Assembly (NCBI GenBank): GCA_963736925.1
Contig: CAVTQP010000001.1
Span: 318,324-382,323 of the forward strand
Source: an uncultured Actinomycetes bacterium
Lineage (GTDB): Bacteria; Actinomycetota; Acidimicrobiia; Acidimicrobiales; CAVTQP01
Length of the DNA: 64,000 bases
Reading direction: 5' to 3'
Shown here: positions 30,609 through 41,837 of the stretch, piece by piece
Position numbering within the stretch: the stretch's first letter is position 1
Layout: each line of letters begins with the position of its first letter
Position numbers and translations under genes: made by a program
The notes under the pieces: model-generated
The model's input: only the letters and a program-made list of their open reading frames with translations
Databases searched by the model: none
Told to the model about the DNA's origin: nothing

Positions 30609-31484
30609 TTGAAGGTGTTCCTGGTGGACGGGACCTACGAGCTGTTCCGTCATCACTACGGGCAACCTCCGCACGCCGGGTCCGACGGGATGGAGGTGGC
30701 GGCGACCAGGGGCGTGCTCTCTTCGATCCTCCAGATGATCCAGGACGGCGCCACCCACCTGGGGGTGGCTACTGACCACGTCATCGAGTCATTCCGCAAC
30801 GACCTGTGGCCCGGCTACAAGACCGGCGAGGGCGTGGAGCCGGAGTTGAAGAGCCAGTTCCCTGTTCTCGAGGACGCCTTGACCGCCTTGGGGATCAAGT
30901 TGTGGCCCATGGTGGAGATGGAAGCCGACGACGCGTTGGCCTCGGCGGCCTCGGTGGCGTCGGCCAGCCCGCATGTGGATCAGGTGCTGCTGTGCACGCC
31001 TGACAAGGATCTCGCCCAGTGCGTGGTGGGCGACCGCGTGGTGCAGCTCCATCGCAGGCGCGAGAGCTTGAACCTGGTCGACGAGGACGGCGTCCGCAAA
31101 CGCTTCGGGGTCGTACCGGCCTCGGTGCCCGACTACCTCGCGCTCGTGGGCGACTCGGCGGACGGGTACCCGGGTCTGCAAGGCTGGGGAGCGAAATCGG
31201 CCGCCGCGCTCCTCGCTCGTTACCAACACCTCGAGAGCATCCCAGACGACGCGGGAGACTGGGACGTGAATCTCAGGGGTGGTCGCAATCTTGCCGCCAC
31301 CCTGGCCGCCCAGCGGGAGCTGGCCGCTCTGTTCAAGGACCTGGCCACCCTCCGCGTGGATCCCTCGTTGCTTGGCGGGCCCGATGAGCTGGCCTGGGCA
31401 GGGCCGACGTCGGACTTCGCGGCGACCTGCGCGCGACTGGACTCTCCAAGGATGTTCGCTCTGGCCGAGAACCTCGCCTCGTGA
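30609..31484 (+). CDS. Stand-alone 5'-3' exonuclease / flap endonuclease
   Basis: LVDGTY, EADDAL, DKDLAQ, ALVGDSADGYPGL.GWGAKSA (H3TH motif). Confidence 0.93.
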   Translation: MKVFLVDGTYELFRHHYGQPPHAGSDGMEVAATRGVLSSILQMIQDGATHLGVATDHVIESFRNDLWPGYKTGEGVEPELKSQFPVLEDALTALGIKLWPMVEMEADDALASAASVASASPHVDQVLLCTPDKDLAQCVVGDRVVQLHRRRESLNLVDEDGVRKRFGVVPASVPDYLALVGDSADGYPGLQGWGAKSAAALLARYQHLESIPDDAGDWDVNLRGGRNLAATLAAQRELAALFKDLATLRVDPSLLGGPDELAWAGPTSDFAATCARLDSPRMFALAENLAS

Positions 31485-31520
31485 GCTACCACAGCGGTCC
31501 GAACTTGTAGCCTTCGCGGC

Positions 31521-33080
31521 ATGCCCGACCATCCCATGAGCGAGCGGCTCGAGGACCTTCGCAACCGGAAGGAGGCCGCCCGTAACGCCGGTTCCCAGCG
31601 GCTGGTGGAGCGCCAGCACGCCCAAGGGAAGATGACGGCCAGAGAACGTCTCGACTACCTCCTCGACGACGGCTCATTCCAGGAGCTCGACATGCTTGCC
31701 CGGCATCGCGCGCATGGAATGGGGTTGGACGAGACCCGTCCTTACACCGACGGGGTGATAACGGGATTCGGGACCATCGACGGTCGCCGCGTGTGCGTCT
31801 TCAGCCAGGACTTCACGGTCTTCGGAGGCGCCCTCGGAGAGGTCTACGCGCAGAAGATCCACAAGATCATGGACCTTGCCTCGTCTCTGGGAGTGCCGAT
31901 GATAGGCCTCAACGACGGCGGCGGGGCCCGTATCCAGGAGGGGGTCGTCTCCCTCGACTCCTACGGCGGGATCTTCTTACGGAACGTCGCAGCCTCGGGC
32001 GTGATACCTCAGATCAGCGTGATTCTCGGGCCCTGTGCCGGCGGAGCCGTCTACAGCCCGGCCATGACCGACTTCATCTTCATGGTGCGCGAGACCAGCC
32101 ACATGTTCATCACGGGCCCCGACGTCGTGAAGACCGTGACCGGTGAAGACATCACCTTGGAGCAGCTGGGAGGAGCCGTGAGTCACGGGACTCGCTCGGG
32201 GGTGGCCACGTTCGTGACACCGGACGAAAAGGCATGTCTCGACGACGTGCGCTATCTGCTCAGTTTCCTCCCGGCCAACAACCTGGAAGAGGCTCCCTTC
32301 GTCGAGCCGGCCGACGATCCGAACAGGGCCACTCCCGAGCTGATCGACCTGATGCCGGCGAGCCCCAACCAGCCTTATGACATGAAGAAGGTGGTCACCG
32401 CCGTCGTCGATGACGGGGACTACTACGAATACGCTCCTCTTTGGGCCATGAGCCTGACGTGTGGCTTTGCCCGCGTGGGGGGCCACGTGGTGGGCGTGTT
32501 GGGCAACCAGCCGTCGGTCCTGGCAGGGGTGCTGGACATTGATTCTTCCGAGAAGGGTGCGAGGTTCGTCCGGACATGTGACGCCTTCAACATCCCGCTC
32601 GTGACCTTCGTCGACGTTCCCGGGTTCATGCCGGGAACGGACCAGGAGTACGGGGGGATCATCCGGCACGGAGCGAAGCTGCTCTACGCATACTGCGAGT
32701 CGACGGTTCCGCGCATCCAGGTGATCACCCGCAAGGCGTACGGCGGTGCCTATGTGGTCATGAACTCCAAATCCATCGGAGCCGACCTGGCCTTCGCATG
32801 GCCCTCGGCCGAGCTGGCGGTGATGGGCCCGCAGGGAGCCGTGGAGATCGTCAATCGCCGCGAGCTGGCCGAGGCGGCCGACCCGGGTGCCCGACGCAGC
32901 GAGCTGGTCGAGGAGTACACCGAGCGCTACGCGAACCCCTACGTCGCGGCCGAACGAGGCTTCGTGGACGACGTCATCGATCCGGCCGACACGCGCAAGG
33001 CGCTGTTCGACAGCTTGGAGATGCTGCGTAGCAAGCGCGAAGAGCTTCCCAAGCGCAAGCACGGCAACATGCCGCTGTGA
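31521..33080 (+). CDS. pccB: Acyl-CoA (propionyl-CoA) carboxylase beta subunit
   Basis: GGARIQEG, GPCAGGAVYSPA, DVPGFMPG, RKAYGGAY, KHGNMPL. Confidence 0.95.
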   Translation: MPDHPMSERLEDLRNRKEAARNAGSQRLVERQHAQGKMTARERLDYLLDDGSFQELDMLARHRAHGMGLDETRPYTDGVITGFGTIDGRRVCVFSQDFTVFGGALGEVYAQKIHKIMDLASSLGVPMIGLNDGGGARIQEGVVSLDSYGGIFLRNVAASGVIPQISVILGPCAGGAVYSPAMTDFIFMVRETSHMFITGPDVVKTVTGEDITLEQLGGAVSHGTRSGVATFVTPDEKACLDDVRYLLSFLPANNLEEAPFVEPADDPNRATPELIDLMPASPNQPYDMKKVVTAVVDDGDYYEYAPLWAMSLTCGFARVGGHVVGVLGNQPSVLAGVLDIDSSEKGARFVRTCDAFNIPLVTFVDVPGFMPGTDQEYGGIIRHGAKLLYAYCESTVPRIQVITRKAYGGAYVVMNSKSIGADLAFAWPSAELAVMGPQGAVEIVNRRELAEAADPGARRSELVEEYTERYANPYVAAERGFVDDVIDPADTRKALFDSLEMLRSKREELPKRKHGNMPL

Positions 33081-33301
33081 CGGACGACCCGATGGAGCCC
33101 GAAACCGTTCCGGTGGGGCTGGCGGTGGACCACGAGGATCCCGCTGTCGTGGCCATTGCTGCAGCGGTCGAGATGTGCTGGCCCCGCAGGCCGCCACCGG
33201 CTCTGCCCGCGCGGCAGGCGCCGCCCTGGCGGTTCTCGGCGAGATGGTGGAGCGCTCCGATACCGATGCGGCGAGATAGGCCCTGGACGGCGGGCGGATG
33301 A
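33077..33301 (+). CDS. Acyl-CoA carboxylase epsilon subunit-like protein
   Basis: Short ORF coupled to pccB by a GTGA overlap; VAIAAAV helix, Pro linker, WRFSARWW. Confidence 0.75.
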   Translation: MTDDPMEPETVPVGLAVDHEDPAVVAIAAAVEMCWPRRPPPALPARQAPPWRFSARWWSAPIPMRRDRPWTAGG

Positions 33302-34374
33302 CCGTGCTCACCGAGCTGGCGACCGTTTCCGACGACGAGGTGGTGGCCGTTCGTCATCGGGGCGGGTCCGGGCCCGGCGAGCCTGACCGCTCGATCGTGG
33401 AGGGCGACGAGCCGGAGGTCGTCGAGCTCGCCGGGCTGCGGCCGGACACCGCCTACGAGGTCGGTGGTGTCTCGGTGCGCACACTTCCAAGGCCACCCGG
33501 CCAGCTGCTGTGCAGGTTCGCCACGGTCAACGACGTCCATTTTGGGGAGCGAGAGTGTGGAGTGCTCGAGGGGTTCGAGAGTGGCCCAGTCCTCTCGGTG
33601 GGCCCCGAGGACGAGCCTTATCCCGAGACGATGAACCGGGCGGCGGCGAAGGAGATCGCGTCGATCGGCCCCGACACGGTGCTGGCCAAGGGAGACCTGA
33701 CCACCGTCGGCAGCCAGGAGGAGTTCGACGCGTTCCTCGCCTGCTACGGGGACGCGTTCGGCGAAAGACTGCAGTACGTGCGGGGAAACCACGATGCCAT
33801 GGCCGGTCTGGACCTCGCCACCGACGCGCCGAAGGAGGTCCTCTTGCCGGGTGCGCGCCTGGCGGTGCTGGACACCGTGATTCCCGGCAAGGAGAACGGC
33901 AGGATCGACCAGGAGCAGCTTGAGTGGCTCGACGAGCTGGCGTCGCGGGCCGACGTGCCGGTGCTCGTCTTCGGCCATCACCACCCCTGGAACCCGTCCT
34001 CCCGGTCGCGCCCCGAGCGCTATTTCGGGGTGAACCCCTCGGACTCGGAGAAGCTGGTGGAGGTCATGGCCCGCCGCCCGACCCTTGTGGGGTACTTCGC
34101 CGGCCACACCCACCGGAACCGGGTACGTCGCTTTGCGGGCACTGGCGACCGGCCGTGGGTGGAGGTGGCGTGCACCAAGGACTACCCGGGATCATGGGCG
34201 GAGTACCGGATCTTCGAGGGAGGCGTGCTGCAGGTGCACCGCCGGATCACGGCGCCGGCCGCCCTTGCGTGGTCCGAGAGGTGCCGTGTTCTCTTCGACG
34301 GGCTCTACCCCAAGTACGCATTGGGGTCCCTCGACGAGCGGTGCTTCGAGGTCTGGGCGGCGGGGGGCCGCTGA
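33298..34374 (+). CDS. Calcineurin-like metallophosphoesterase
   Basis: DVH, GDLT, GNHD, HHH, GHTH motifs. Confidence 0.92.
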   Translation: MTVLTELATVSDDEVVAVRHRGGSGPGEPDRSIVEGDEPEVVELAGLRPDTAYEVGGVSVRTLPRPPGQLLCRFATVNDVHFGERECGVLEGFESGPVLSVGPEDEPYPETMNRAAAKEIASIGPDTVLAKGDLTTVGSQEEFDAFLACYGDAFGERLQYVRGNHDAMAGLDLATDAPKEVLLPGARLAVLDTVIPGKENGRIDQEQLEWLDELASRADVPVLVFGHHHPWNPSSRSRPERYFGVNPSDSEKLVEVMARRPTLVGYFAGHTHRNRVRRFAGTGDRPWVEVACTKDYPGSWAEYRIFEGGVLQVHRRITAPAALAWSERCRVLFDGLYPKYALGSLDERCFEVWAAGGR

Positions 34375-34494
34375 GGGGTCAGGCGCCTCCCTAGCCCGAG
34401 CGGGGGCGACCGGCTGGCTCCGGCGGGACAGCCGGGACCGTTAGGGGTCAGACGCCTTCCTAGCCCGAGCGGGCGACCGGCTGGCTTCGGCGGG
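34373..34494. repeat. Imperfect direct repeat (two copies of about 55 bp, about 69 bp apart) duplicating the 3' end of meaA
   Basis: AGGGGTCAGGCGCCTCCCTAGCCCGAGCGGGGGCGACCGGCTGGCTCCGGCGGG versus AGGGGTCAGACGCCTTCCTAGCCCGAGCGGGCGACCGGCTGGCTTCGGCGGG. Confidence 0.85.
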
Positions 34495-36437
34495 CCTCGA
34501 CCAAGTCCGCCATCCGGTCCAGGATTCGGCTGATCTCGAAGTCCTTCGGCGTGAAGATGGCGGCTATCCCTTCCCGCACCAGGGCCGCCTGATCCTCTTC
34601 GGGGATGATCCCGCCCACGACGACGGGGGCGTCGACGCCTTGGTTGCGCAACCTGTCCAAGAGCTCCGGCACCAGCTCCATGTGGCTCCCCGAGAGGATC
34701 GAGAGCCCGACGATGTCCACGTCCTCGTCCCTGGCGGCGACCGCGATCTGGGCGGGGCTCAGCCTTATCCCTTGGTAGACGACCTCGAACCCGGCGTCCC
34801 GTGCCGCCACGGCGATCTGCTCCGCCCCGTTCGAGTGCCCATCGAGGCCCGGTTTGGCGACCAGCAGCCTGGGCGGTCCACCCTTCATGGCCCCGACCCT
34901 CGCCAGGACGCCCGACATCTCCCTGCCGTGCTGTCCGAGCGCGCCTCCGACGCCCGTGGGTGCCCTGTATTCCCCCAGGACCTCCCGCAGAGCTCCCGCC
35001 CACTCCCCGGTGGTCCCTCCCGCGTGCGCGAGGGCGATGGTGGCCGGCATGACGTTCTCGCCGGACTCGACCACCCGGCGCAGCTCGTCCAAGGCCGCCT
35101 TGACCTTCGATGCGTCCCTCCTGTCTCGCCAAGCCCTCACGTCTTGCACCATGGCGGCCTCGACCGAAGGGTCGACCTTGAGGAAGTGCTCCTTGTCGGA
35201 CTGAGGCCCGAGTGGGGAAGGAGCCGTCTCCGTGAAGCAGTTGACGCCGACGACCTTCAGCTCTCCGGTCTCGATGCGGCGCGACCTCTCGGCTTGGCTT
35301 CGCACCAGCCGTGACTTCAGCTCGTCGATCGCCTCGAACGCACCGCCAAGGGCGAGCACGTCGTCCAGCTCTGCCGAGGCCGACGTCACCAGCTCCGCCG
35401 TGCGCGCCTCCATGACCTTCGAACCCTCGACGATGTCCTCGTACTCCAACAGGTCCGTCTCCAGGGCCAGCACCTGCTGGATCCGGAGGGACCACTGCTG
35501 GTCCCAGGGGCGGGGGAGGCCGAGTGCCTCGTTCCAGGCGGGAAGCTGTATCGCACGCGCCCGGGAGTTGCGACTCAGGGTGACTCCCAGTGCTTCCAGC
35601 ACGATTCGTTGCACATTGTTCTCGGGCTGGCTCTCGGTGAGCCCGAGCGAGTTCACCTGCACCCCGTACCGGAAGCGTCGCAGGCGCGGGTCTCCGACCC
35701 CGTAGCGGCGCTCGCAGATGCGGTCCCACATCTCGGTGAATGCCCGTACCTTGCAGGTCTCCTCGATGAAACGTATCCCCGAATTCAAGAAGAAGGAGAT
35801 CCTTCCCACCACGTCGGGAAGGTCCGCGGTGTCCACCTGGCCCGATTCGCGCACGGCGTCGAGGACGCCGATGGCGGTCGCCAGGGCATAGGCCAGCTCC
35901 TGGGTGGGGGTGGCCCCCGCCTCCTGCAGGTGATAGCTGCATACGTTTATGGGGTTCCACCTCGGAACGTTGCGCACCGTGTAAGCGATCATGTCGACGA
36001 TCAACCGCCTGCTCGGTTCGGGTGGGAAAATGAACGTGCCGCGCGAGAGGTACTCCTTGACGATGTCGTTTTGCGTGGTGCCTGCCAGGGACCGAGGATC
36101 GACCCCGGTGTCCTCGGCATGAGCTATGTAGAGGCCGAGCAGCCAAGCGGCTGTCGCGTTGATCGTCATCGAGGTGTTCATCTGCCCCAGCGGGATGCCG
36201 TCCATGAGCTGGGCCATGTGGCCCGGGTGCGCGACGGGCACTCCCACCTTTCCCACCTCGCCGGCCGCCTCGGGCGAGTCCGGGTCGTAGCCGATCTGTG
36301 TGGGTAGGTCGAAGGCCACCGACAACCCGGTCTGGCCCTTGGCCAGGTTGGTCCTGTAAAGCTTGTTGGACTCCGAGCGCGGTGGAATGGCCCGAGTAGG
36401 TCCGCATGACCCAGGGACGGTCCGGCGGTCCTGTCAT
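34460..36437 (-). CDS. meaA: Ethylmalonyl-CoA mutase (B12-dependent) with an apparent +1 frameshift near 36377
   Basis: DRPWVMRTYSGHSTA in one frame continues as SESNKLYRTNLAKGQTGLSVAFDLPTQ in another; KPGLDGHSNG B12-binding motif. Confidence 0.93.
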
Positions 36438-36480
36438 GTTCTCATTGTCCCGCTCGGGTGACTTGCCTGTCATCACCGGG

Positions 36481-37338
36481 TCAAGACCGGTGGTAGTCGT
36501 AGAAGCCCCGGCCTGTCTTGCGGCCCAGCTGCTCTGCGGTGACCATGCGTCTCAGCAGAGGAACGGCCGCGTAGTTCGGATCGCGGTACTCGGCGTAGAG
36601 CGCGTCGATGATGGCGAGGCTGGTGTCGAGGCCGACGAGGTCCAGCAGTGCGAAAGGCCCCATGGGAAACCCGCATCCCCCTTTCATCGCAGCGTCTATG
36701 TCCTCTTTTGTGGCTACACCGGACTCGAGCAGACGGGCGGCGTTGTTGAGGTAGGGGAAGAGCAGGGCGTTGACGATGAAGCCCGCCTGGTCCTTCACCT
36801 GTACGACCGTCTTGCCGCAAGCCTCGGCAAATGACCGGGCGGCGCCGACGGTCTCGTCGCTCGCCGTCAGCGGGCGCACGAGCTCGACCAGGGTCATGGC
36901 AGGAGCGGGGTTGAAAAAGTGAATGCCGCACACCCGGTCGGGGCGGCCGGTCTCCATTGCCATCTCGATCACGGCGAGGGTGGAGGTATTGGTCGCCAGC
37001 ACGGTCTCCTCCTGGCAGACTCGGTCGAGCTCGGTGAAGAGGTGCTGCTTGGCTTGGAGATCCTCGACGATCGACTCCAGCACCAGGTCGCAGTCGGCCA
37101 GTGCCCCGAGGTCGGACGTGGCCCTCACCCGGGCCAGGGCCGCCTTGCTGTCAGCCTCCTCCATGCGCCCTTTGTCGACCTGGCGGGCGAATGACCTCTC
37201 CAGGGCGGCCAGCATCGCGTCGGCGGTCGCTTGCTGGCGCGAGCGAACCACCACGTCGTGGCCGCTGACGGCGGCGCACTCCGCGATCCCCGACCCCATG
37301 ATCCCCGACCCCACGATCCCCACACGTTGAACCGACAT
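36481..37338 (-). CDS. 3-hydroxybutyryl-CoA dehydrogenase
   Basis: GSGIMGSGIA, ATNTS, GIHFFNPA, GFIVNALL, PMGPF, LGRKTGRGFY. Confidence 0.95.
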   Translation of the reverse strand: MSVQRVGIVGSGIMGSGIAECAAVSGHDVVVRSRQQATADAMLAALERSFARQVDKGRMEEADSKAALARVRATSDLGALADCDLVLESIVEDLQAKQHLFTELDRVCQEETVLATNTSTLAVIEMAMETGRPDRVCGIHFFNPAPAMTLVELVRPLTASDETVGAARSFAEACGKTVVQVKDQAGFIVNALLFPYLNNAARLLESGVATKEDIDAAMKGGCGFPMGPFALLDLVGLDTSLAIIDALYAEYRDPNYAAVPLLRRMVTAEQLGRKTGRGFYDYHRS

Positions 37339-37410
37339 GGGCTGAAAGGTTACCGACAGGTAAAGCTCATTCCCAGCGCGGCGTCAGGTCGGGGAGCACG
37401 TCCGTTGCGC

Positions 37411-38100
37411 CTAGTTCGGGAGCACCGCCATGGCCGCCCGCTCTCCGTTCATGAACACCTGGATCTGTCCCTGGCCCTCCACCTCCCACGTCCCGTCGCG
37501 GCGGCGGATGAGGGCGGTTCGTTCGGGCAGGCCGACCACGGGGAGCCCCTGTGGGGCCAGGGCGACCGTGCGCCGATGGACCTTCTCGTCGTCCCCATCC
37601 CCGTAGTGGGGTATGACGGCCAGTTGCTCGATCAAGCCCAGGCCGAGGGTGAACGCCCCTCCTCTCGGGTCCACCATCGGATCGGTGATCACCATGGCGC
37701 CTGCGGACGCCCCGGCGACGACGGCGCCGCCCTCCCAAGCCTCGAAGATGGCCCCCCACACCTTCGACGCCTTGAGGACCGATCGGAGATGAAGCGGAGA
37801 TCCGCCACCCAGGTAGATGCACCGGCTCGCTCTCGCCACCTCGGCACTGCGCTCGTCCTCGGCGTCTCCACGTGCCAGGACCATCAACGCGGTGGCCCGG
37901 CCGCCCAGAGCGGAGAACCAGGCCTTCGCTCGAGCCACCGCCTTCTCGGGGTGCTCGTAGGCGGCTGCCGTGGGCAGGATGAGGACCTCTCCCCCGGACT
38001 CCTCCAGCAACCCCCGGTCGAAGGAGCAGCCTTCTGTCCACTCGGCCCCCCCTACAAGGGCGAGGGGCCCGGGATGGGAGGGCGCATCATTTTGAGGCAT
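37411..38100 (-). CDS. Peptidase S51 / cyanophycinase-like protein
   Basis: LALVGGAE, ILPTAA, YLGGG, GASAGA nucleophile motif, VIPHY. Confidence 0.88.
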   Translation of the reverse strand: MPQNDAPSHPGPLALVGGAEWTEGCSFDRGLLEESGGEVLILPTAAAYEHPEKAVARAKAWFSALGGRATALMVLARGDAEDERSAEVARASRCIYLGGGSPLHLRSVLKASKVWGAIFEAWEGGAVVAGASAGAMVITDPMVDPRGGAFTLGLGLIEQLAVIPHYGDGDDEKVHRRTVALAPQGLPVVGLPERTALIRRRDGTWEVEGQGQIQVFMNGERAAMAVLPN

Positions 38101-38106
38101 GGTGGG

Positions 38107-38661
38107 TCAATCAGCCTCGAAGATCGTCACGGACTCGATGGCCACCGGCTCGGTGGGCTCGCCCGAGCGGGTGCCGGTTCGGTCGATGGCCTCTACGACG
38201 TCGAGACCGCGCGCCACCTTTCCGAACAGCGAGTACTGAGGCGGCAACCTGACGCCGTCAGGACCGCTGATGACGAAGAACTGGCTCCCGTTGGTGTCAG
38301 GTCCCGCGTTCGCCATCGCCAGCGAACCGACCTCGTACCTGCCCGCAGGAGGCAGCTCGTCGGCGAAGCGGTACCCGGGGCCGCCCCTTCCTGTCCCCTC
38401 GGGGTCCCCGCCTTGCAGCACGAATCCCGGTATCACCCGATGGAACACGATCCCGTCGAAGTAGTGGTAGCGCGCCAGGAACACGAAGTTGTTCACCGTG
38501 TTCGGCGCGCCGACGGGATCGAGGGATATCGTCATCGTCCCCTTCGAGGTGATCATCTCAGCCGTGTAGCGCTTAGCCGCGTCTATGCACGAAGGGGGTG
38601 GCCCGTCGAATCGCTGGCGCTTTGGACTGGACCCGTCGGGGGCCGGCGGATCAGTCGTCAT
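38107..38661 (-). CDS. Cyclophilin-type peptidyl-prolyl isomerase (cytoplasmic)
   Basis: FHRVIPGFVLQGGDP, AMANAGPDTNGSQFF. Confidence 0.95.
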   Translation of the reverse strand: MTTDPPAPDGSSPKRQRFDGPPPSCIDAAKRYTAEMITSKGTMTISLDPVGAPNTVNNFVFLARYHYFDGIVFHRVIPGFVLQGGDPEGTGRGGPGYRFADELPPAGRYEVGSLAMANAGPDTNGSQFFVISGPDGVRLPPQYSLFGKVARGLDVVEAIDRTGTRSGEPTEPVAIESVTIFEAD

Positions 38662-39437
38662 GGGGTCTCGACGATGGTTACCGACAAGATGTGGTGTTTG
38701 ACGGTCGGGGTCCCCGAGGAGCCTCCTCCGGCGGAGATCGTGTCTACAACGTTCATGCCCGAGGTTACCTGGCCGAACAGGGAGTACTGGGGCTGCAGCT
38801 GGACACCTTGCTGGCCGGTGATCACGAAGAACTGGCTTCCGTCGGTATTGGGTCCGGAGTTCGCCATGGCAACCGAGCCGATCTTGTACGAGCCGGCGGG
38901 GGGCAGCTCGTCAGCGAACTTGTAGCCGGGGCCCCCCGTCCCAGTTCCGGTCGGGTCGCCGCCCTGCACGACGAAGCCGGGTATGACGCGGTGGAAGACC
39001 GTGCCGTCGTAGAGGTGGTATCGCGCCAAGAACACGAAGTTGTTGACGGTTCTCGGAGCCTGCTGGGGGCTCAGCTGGATGGTGAAGGAGCCAGCATCGG
39101 TCTTGACGTCTGCCGAGTAGCCGCGGCTCAGGGTTATGCACATCGGCGGCGCCTGGGAGAAGGACACTGTGCGAGGCGAGCTCCCGTTGGTCTTGGGGCA
39201 TGTCGGCGTGCCGGTGCTCCGCAAGCCCGCGACCGTCGTCGACGTGCCGCTGGTGGACTTCTTCGCGGAGCTCGACTTGCCCATGTTGACGAGGTAGAGA
39301 ACACCCAGGATCACCACGACCAGTGCCCCGACGATGATCGATTGGCGCCTCCGTGCCCTGCGGCGCTTGGCCGCTTCAAGCGCCGCCAGGCGAGCCTGCC
39401 GGCCAGCCCGTTTGCGCTCACGTTTCGCAGTGGGCAT
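38658..39437 (-). CDS. Membrane-anchored cyclophilin-type peptidyl-prolyl isomerase
   Basis: Basic N-terminus, TM helix, Ser/Thr linker, FHRVIPGFVVQGGDP; ATG 39437. Confidence 0.93.
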   Translation of the reverse strand: MPTAKRERKRAGRQARLAALEAAKRRRARRRQSIIVGALVVVILGVLYLVNMGKSSSAKKSTSGTSTTVAGLRSTGTPTCPKTNGSSPRTVSFSQAPPMCITLSRGYSADVKTDAGSFTIQLSPQQAPRTVNNFVFLARYHLYDGTVFHRVIPGFVVQGGDPTGTGTGGPGYKFADELPPAGSYKIGSVAMANSGPNTDGSQFFVITGQQGVQLQPQYSLFGQVTSGMNVVDTISAGGGSSGTPTVKHHILSVTIVETP

Positions 39438-39489
39438 GGGTGGCCAACGTAGTCGGTAGGTCCTCGGCGGCGGTAGCGTCGGGGAACGT

Positions 39490-40701
39490 ATGGCCCTCGT
39501 CGTACAGAAGTACGGAGGCACCTCGGTCGGCGACGCCGACCGGATCCGCGCGGTAGCCGATCACATAGCGCGCACCCGCCGCCAGGGAACCGACGTGATT
39601 GTTGTGGTGAGCGCCATGGGCAAGACCACCGATGACCTTCAGCGCATGGCCGACGAGGTGAGTCCGCTACAGCCCGGTCGTGAGCTCGACATGCTCCTCA
39701 CGGCGGGAGAGCGCATGTCGATGGCACTCTTGTGCATGGCCCTCGCGGGTGTCCAAGTGCCCGCGACCTCCTTCACGGGCAGCCAGGCGGGCATCATCAC
39801 CGACACCGACCACGGCCGCGCCAAGATCCTCGAGGTGAGGGGCGACAGGCTGCGCCAGGCCCTGTCCGAGGGCCAGGTTCCAGTGGTGGCGGGGTTTCAA
39901 GGGGTCTCGTCTGACAGGGACGTGACGACCCTCGGACGGGGAGGCTCGGACACGACGGCGGTTGCCCTTGCGGCGGCCCTTGGCGCAGAAGCCTGCGAGG
40001 TGTACACGGACGTGACCGGCGTGTTCACGGCGGACCCGCGTCTGGTCCAGAAGGCCCGGAGGCTGTCCAACATCTCCTACGACGAGATGCTGGAGATCTC
40101 GGCCAGCGGAGGCCGCGTGCTAGCGCTCCGATCCGTGGAGTTCGCCCGGAACCACGAGGTCGCCCTTCACGTACGCTCTAGCTTCACCTGGGAGCCCGGG
40201 ACTTGGGTGGACAAGGAGGATCCCTCCATGGAGCAGCCCATCGTGTCGGCCGTCACGCATGACACGTCCGAGGCCAAGGTGACGGTGACGGGGGTCCCTG
40301 ACCGGCCCGGCATAGCGGCCCGCCTGTTTCGCGCCCTTGCCGATCGCGGCGTTAACGTGGACATGATCGTGCAGAACACCTCCGTGGCGGGGACCACCGA
40401 CATCTCCTTCACCGTCCCGAAGCCGGACAAGGCGCTCAGCCTCGAGGTTGCGGAGGCCCTGAAGCCCGAGCTCGGCGCGTCCGACGTAATGGCCGACAGC
40501 GAGATAGCAAGGGTGTCGCTCGTCGGTGCGGGGATGAAGACACATCCGGGGGTGACCGCCGCGATGTTCGAGGTGCTCGCCAAGGAGCAGATCAACATAG
40601 AGATGATCTCCACCTCCTCGATCCGCATCTCCTGCGTGATCCCGACCGAGGCGGTGGATCGTGCGGTTCAGGTGTTGCACGAGGAGTTCGGGCTGGAGTG
40701 A
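39490..40701 (+). CDS. ask: Aspartate kinase
   Basis: [20 protein letters not shown], two ACT domains. Confidence 0.98.
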   Translation: MALVVQKYGGTSVGDADRIRAVADHIARTRRQGTDVIVVVSAMGKTTDDLQRMADEVSPLQPGRELDMLLTAGERMSMALLCMALAGVQVPATSFTGSQAGIITDTDHGRAKILEVRGDRLRQALSEGQVPVVAGFQGVSSDRDVTTLGRGGSDTTAVALAAALGAEACEVYTDVTGVFTADPRLVQKARRLSNISYDEMLEISASGGRVLALRSVEFARNHEVALHVRSSFTWEPGTWVDKEDPSMEQPIVSAVTHDTSEAKVTVTGVPDRPGIAARLFRALADRGVNVDMIVQNTSVAGTTDISFTVPKPDKALSLEVAEALKPELGASDVMADSEIARVSLVGAGMKTHPGVTAAMFEVLAKEQINIEMISTSSIRISCVIPTEAVDRAVQVLHEEFGLE

Positions 40702-40765
40702 CAGGCCTCTTCTCACCTTGGGCGGAATTCCCGATCGTCCCCGAGCGGCGGGTCGTAAGCTTTAG

Positions 40766-41791
<1,026 letters not shown>

Positions 41792-41837
41792 CGCCAAGGC
41801 GGCCGCGGGACGCCACCCGAGGACGACGCGCTCCCCC

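Noticed and set aside
34305-36476. 723-aa ORF on the same strand as meaA
   Set aside because: Only its first 30 or so codons are MeaA-like; the rest is the off-frame shadow produced by the frameshift.
37284-37322. 15-bp repeat in the hydroxybutyryl-CoA dehydrogenase gene
   Set aside because: It encodes the conserved GIVGSGIMGSGI Rossmann motif, so protein constraint explains it.
37231-38925. 564-aa plus-strand ORF and similar long antisense ORFs (e.g. 24360-25277, 31977-33311, 44247-45500)
   Set aside because: These are antisense shadows of well-supported genes, expected at high GC, and carry no recognisable motifs.
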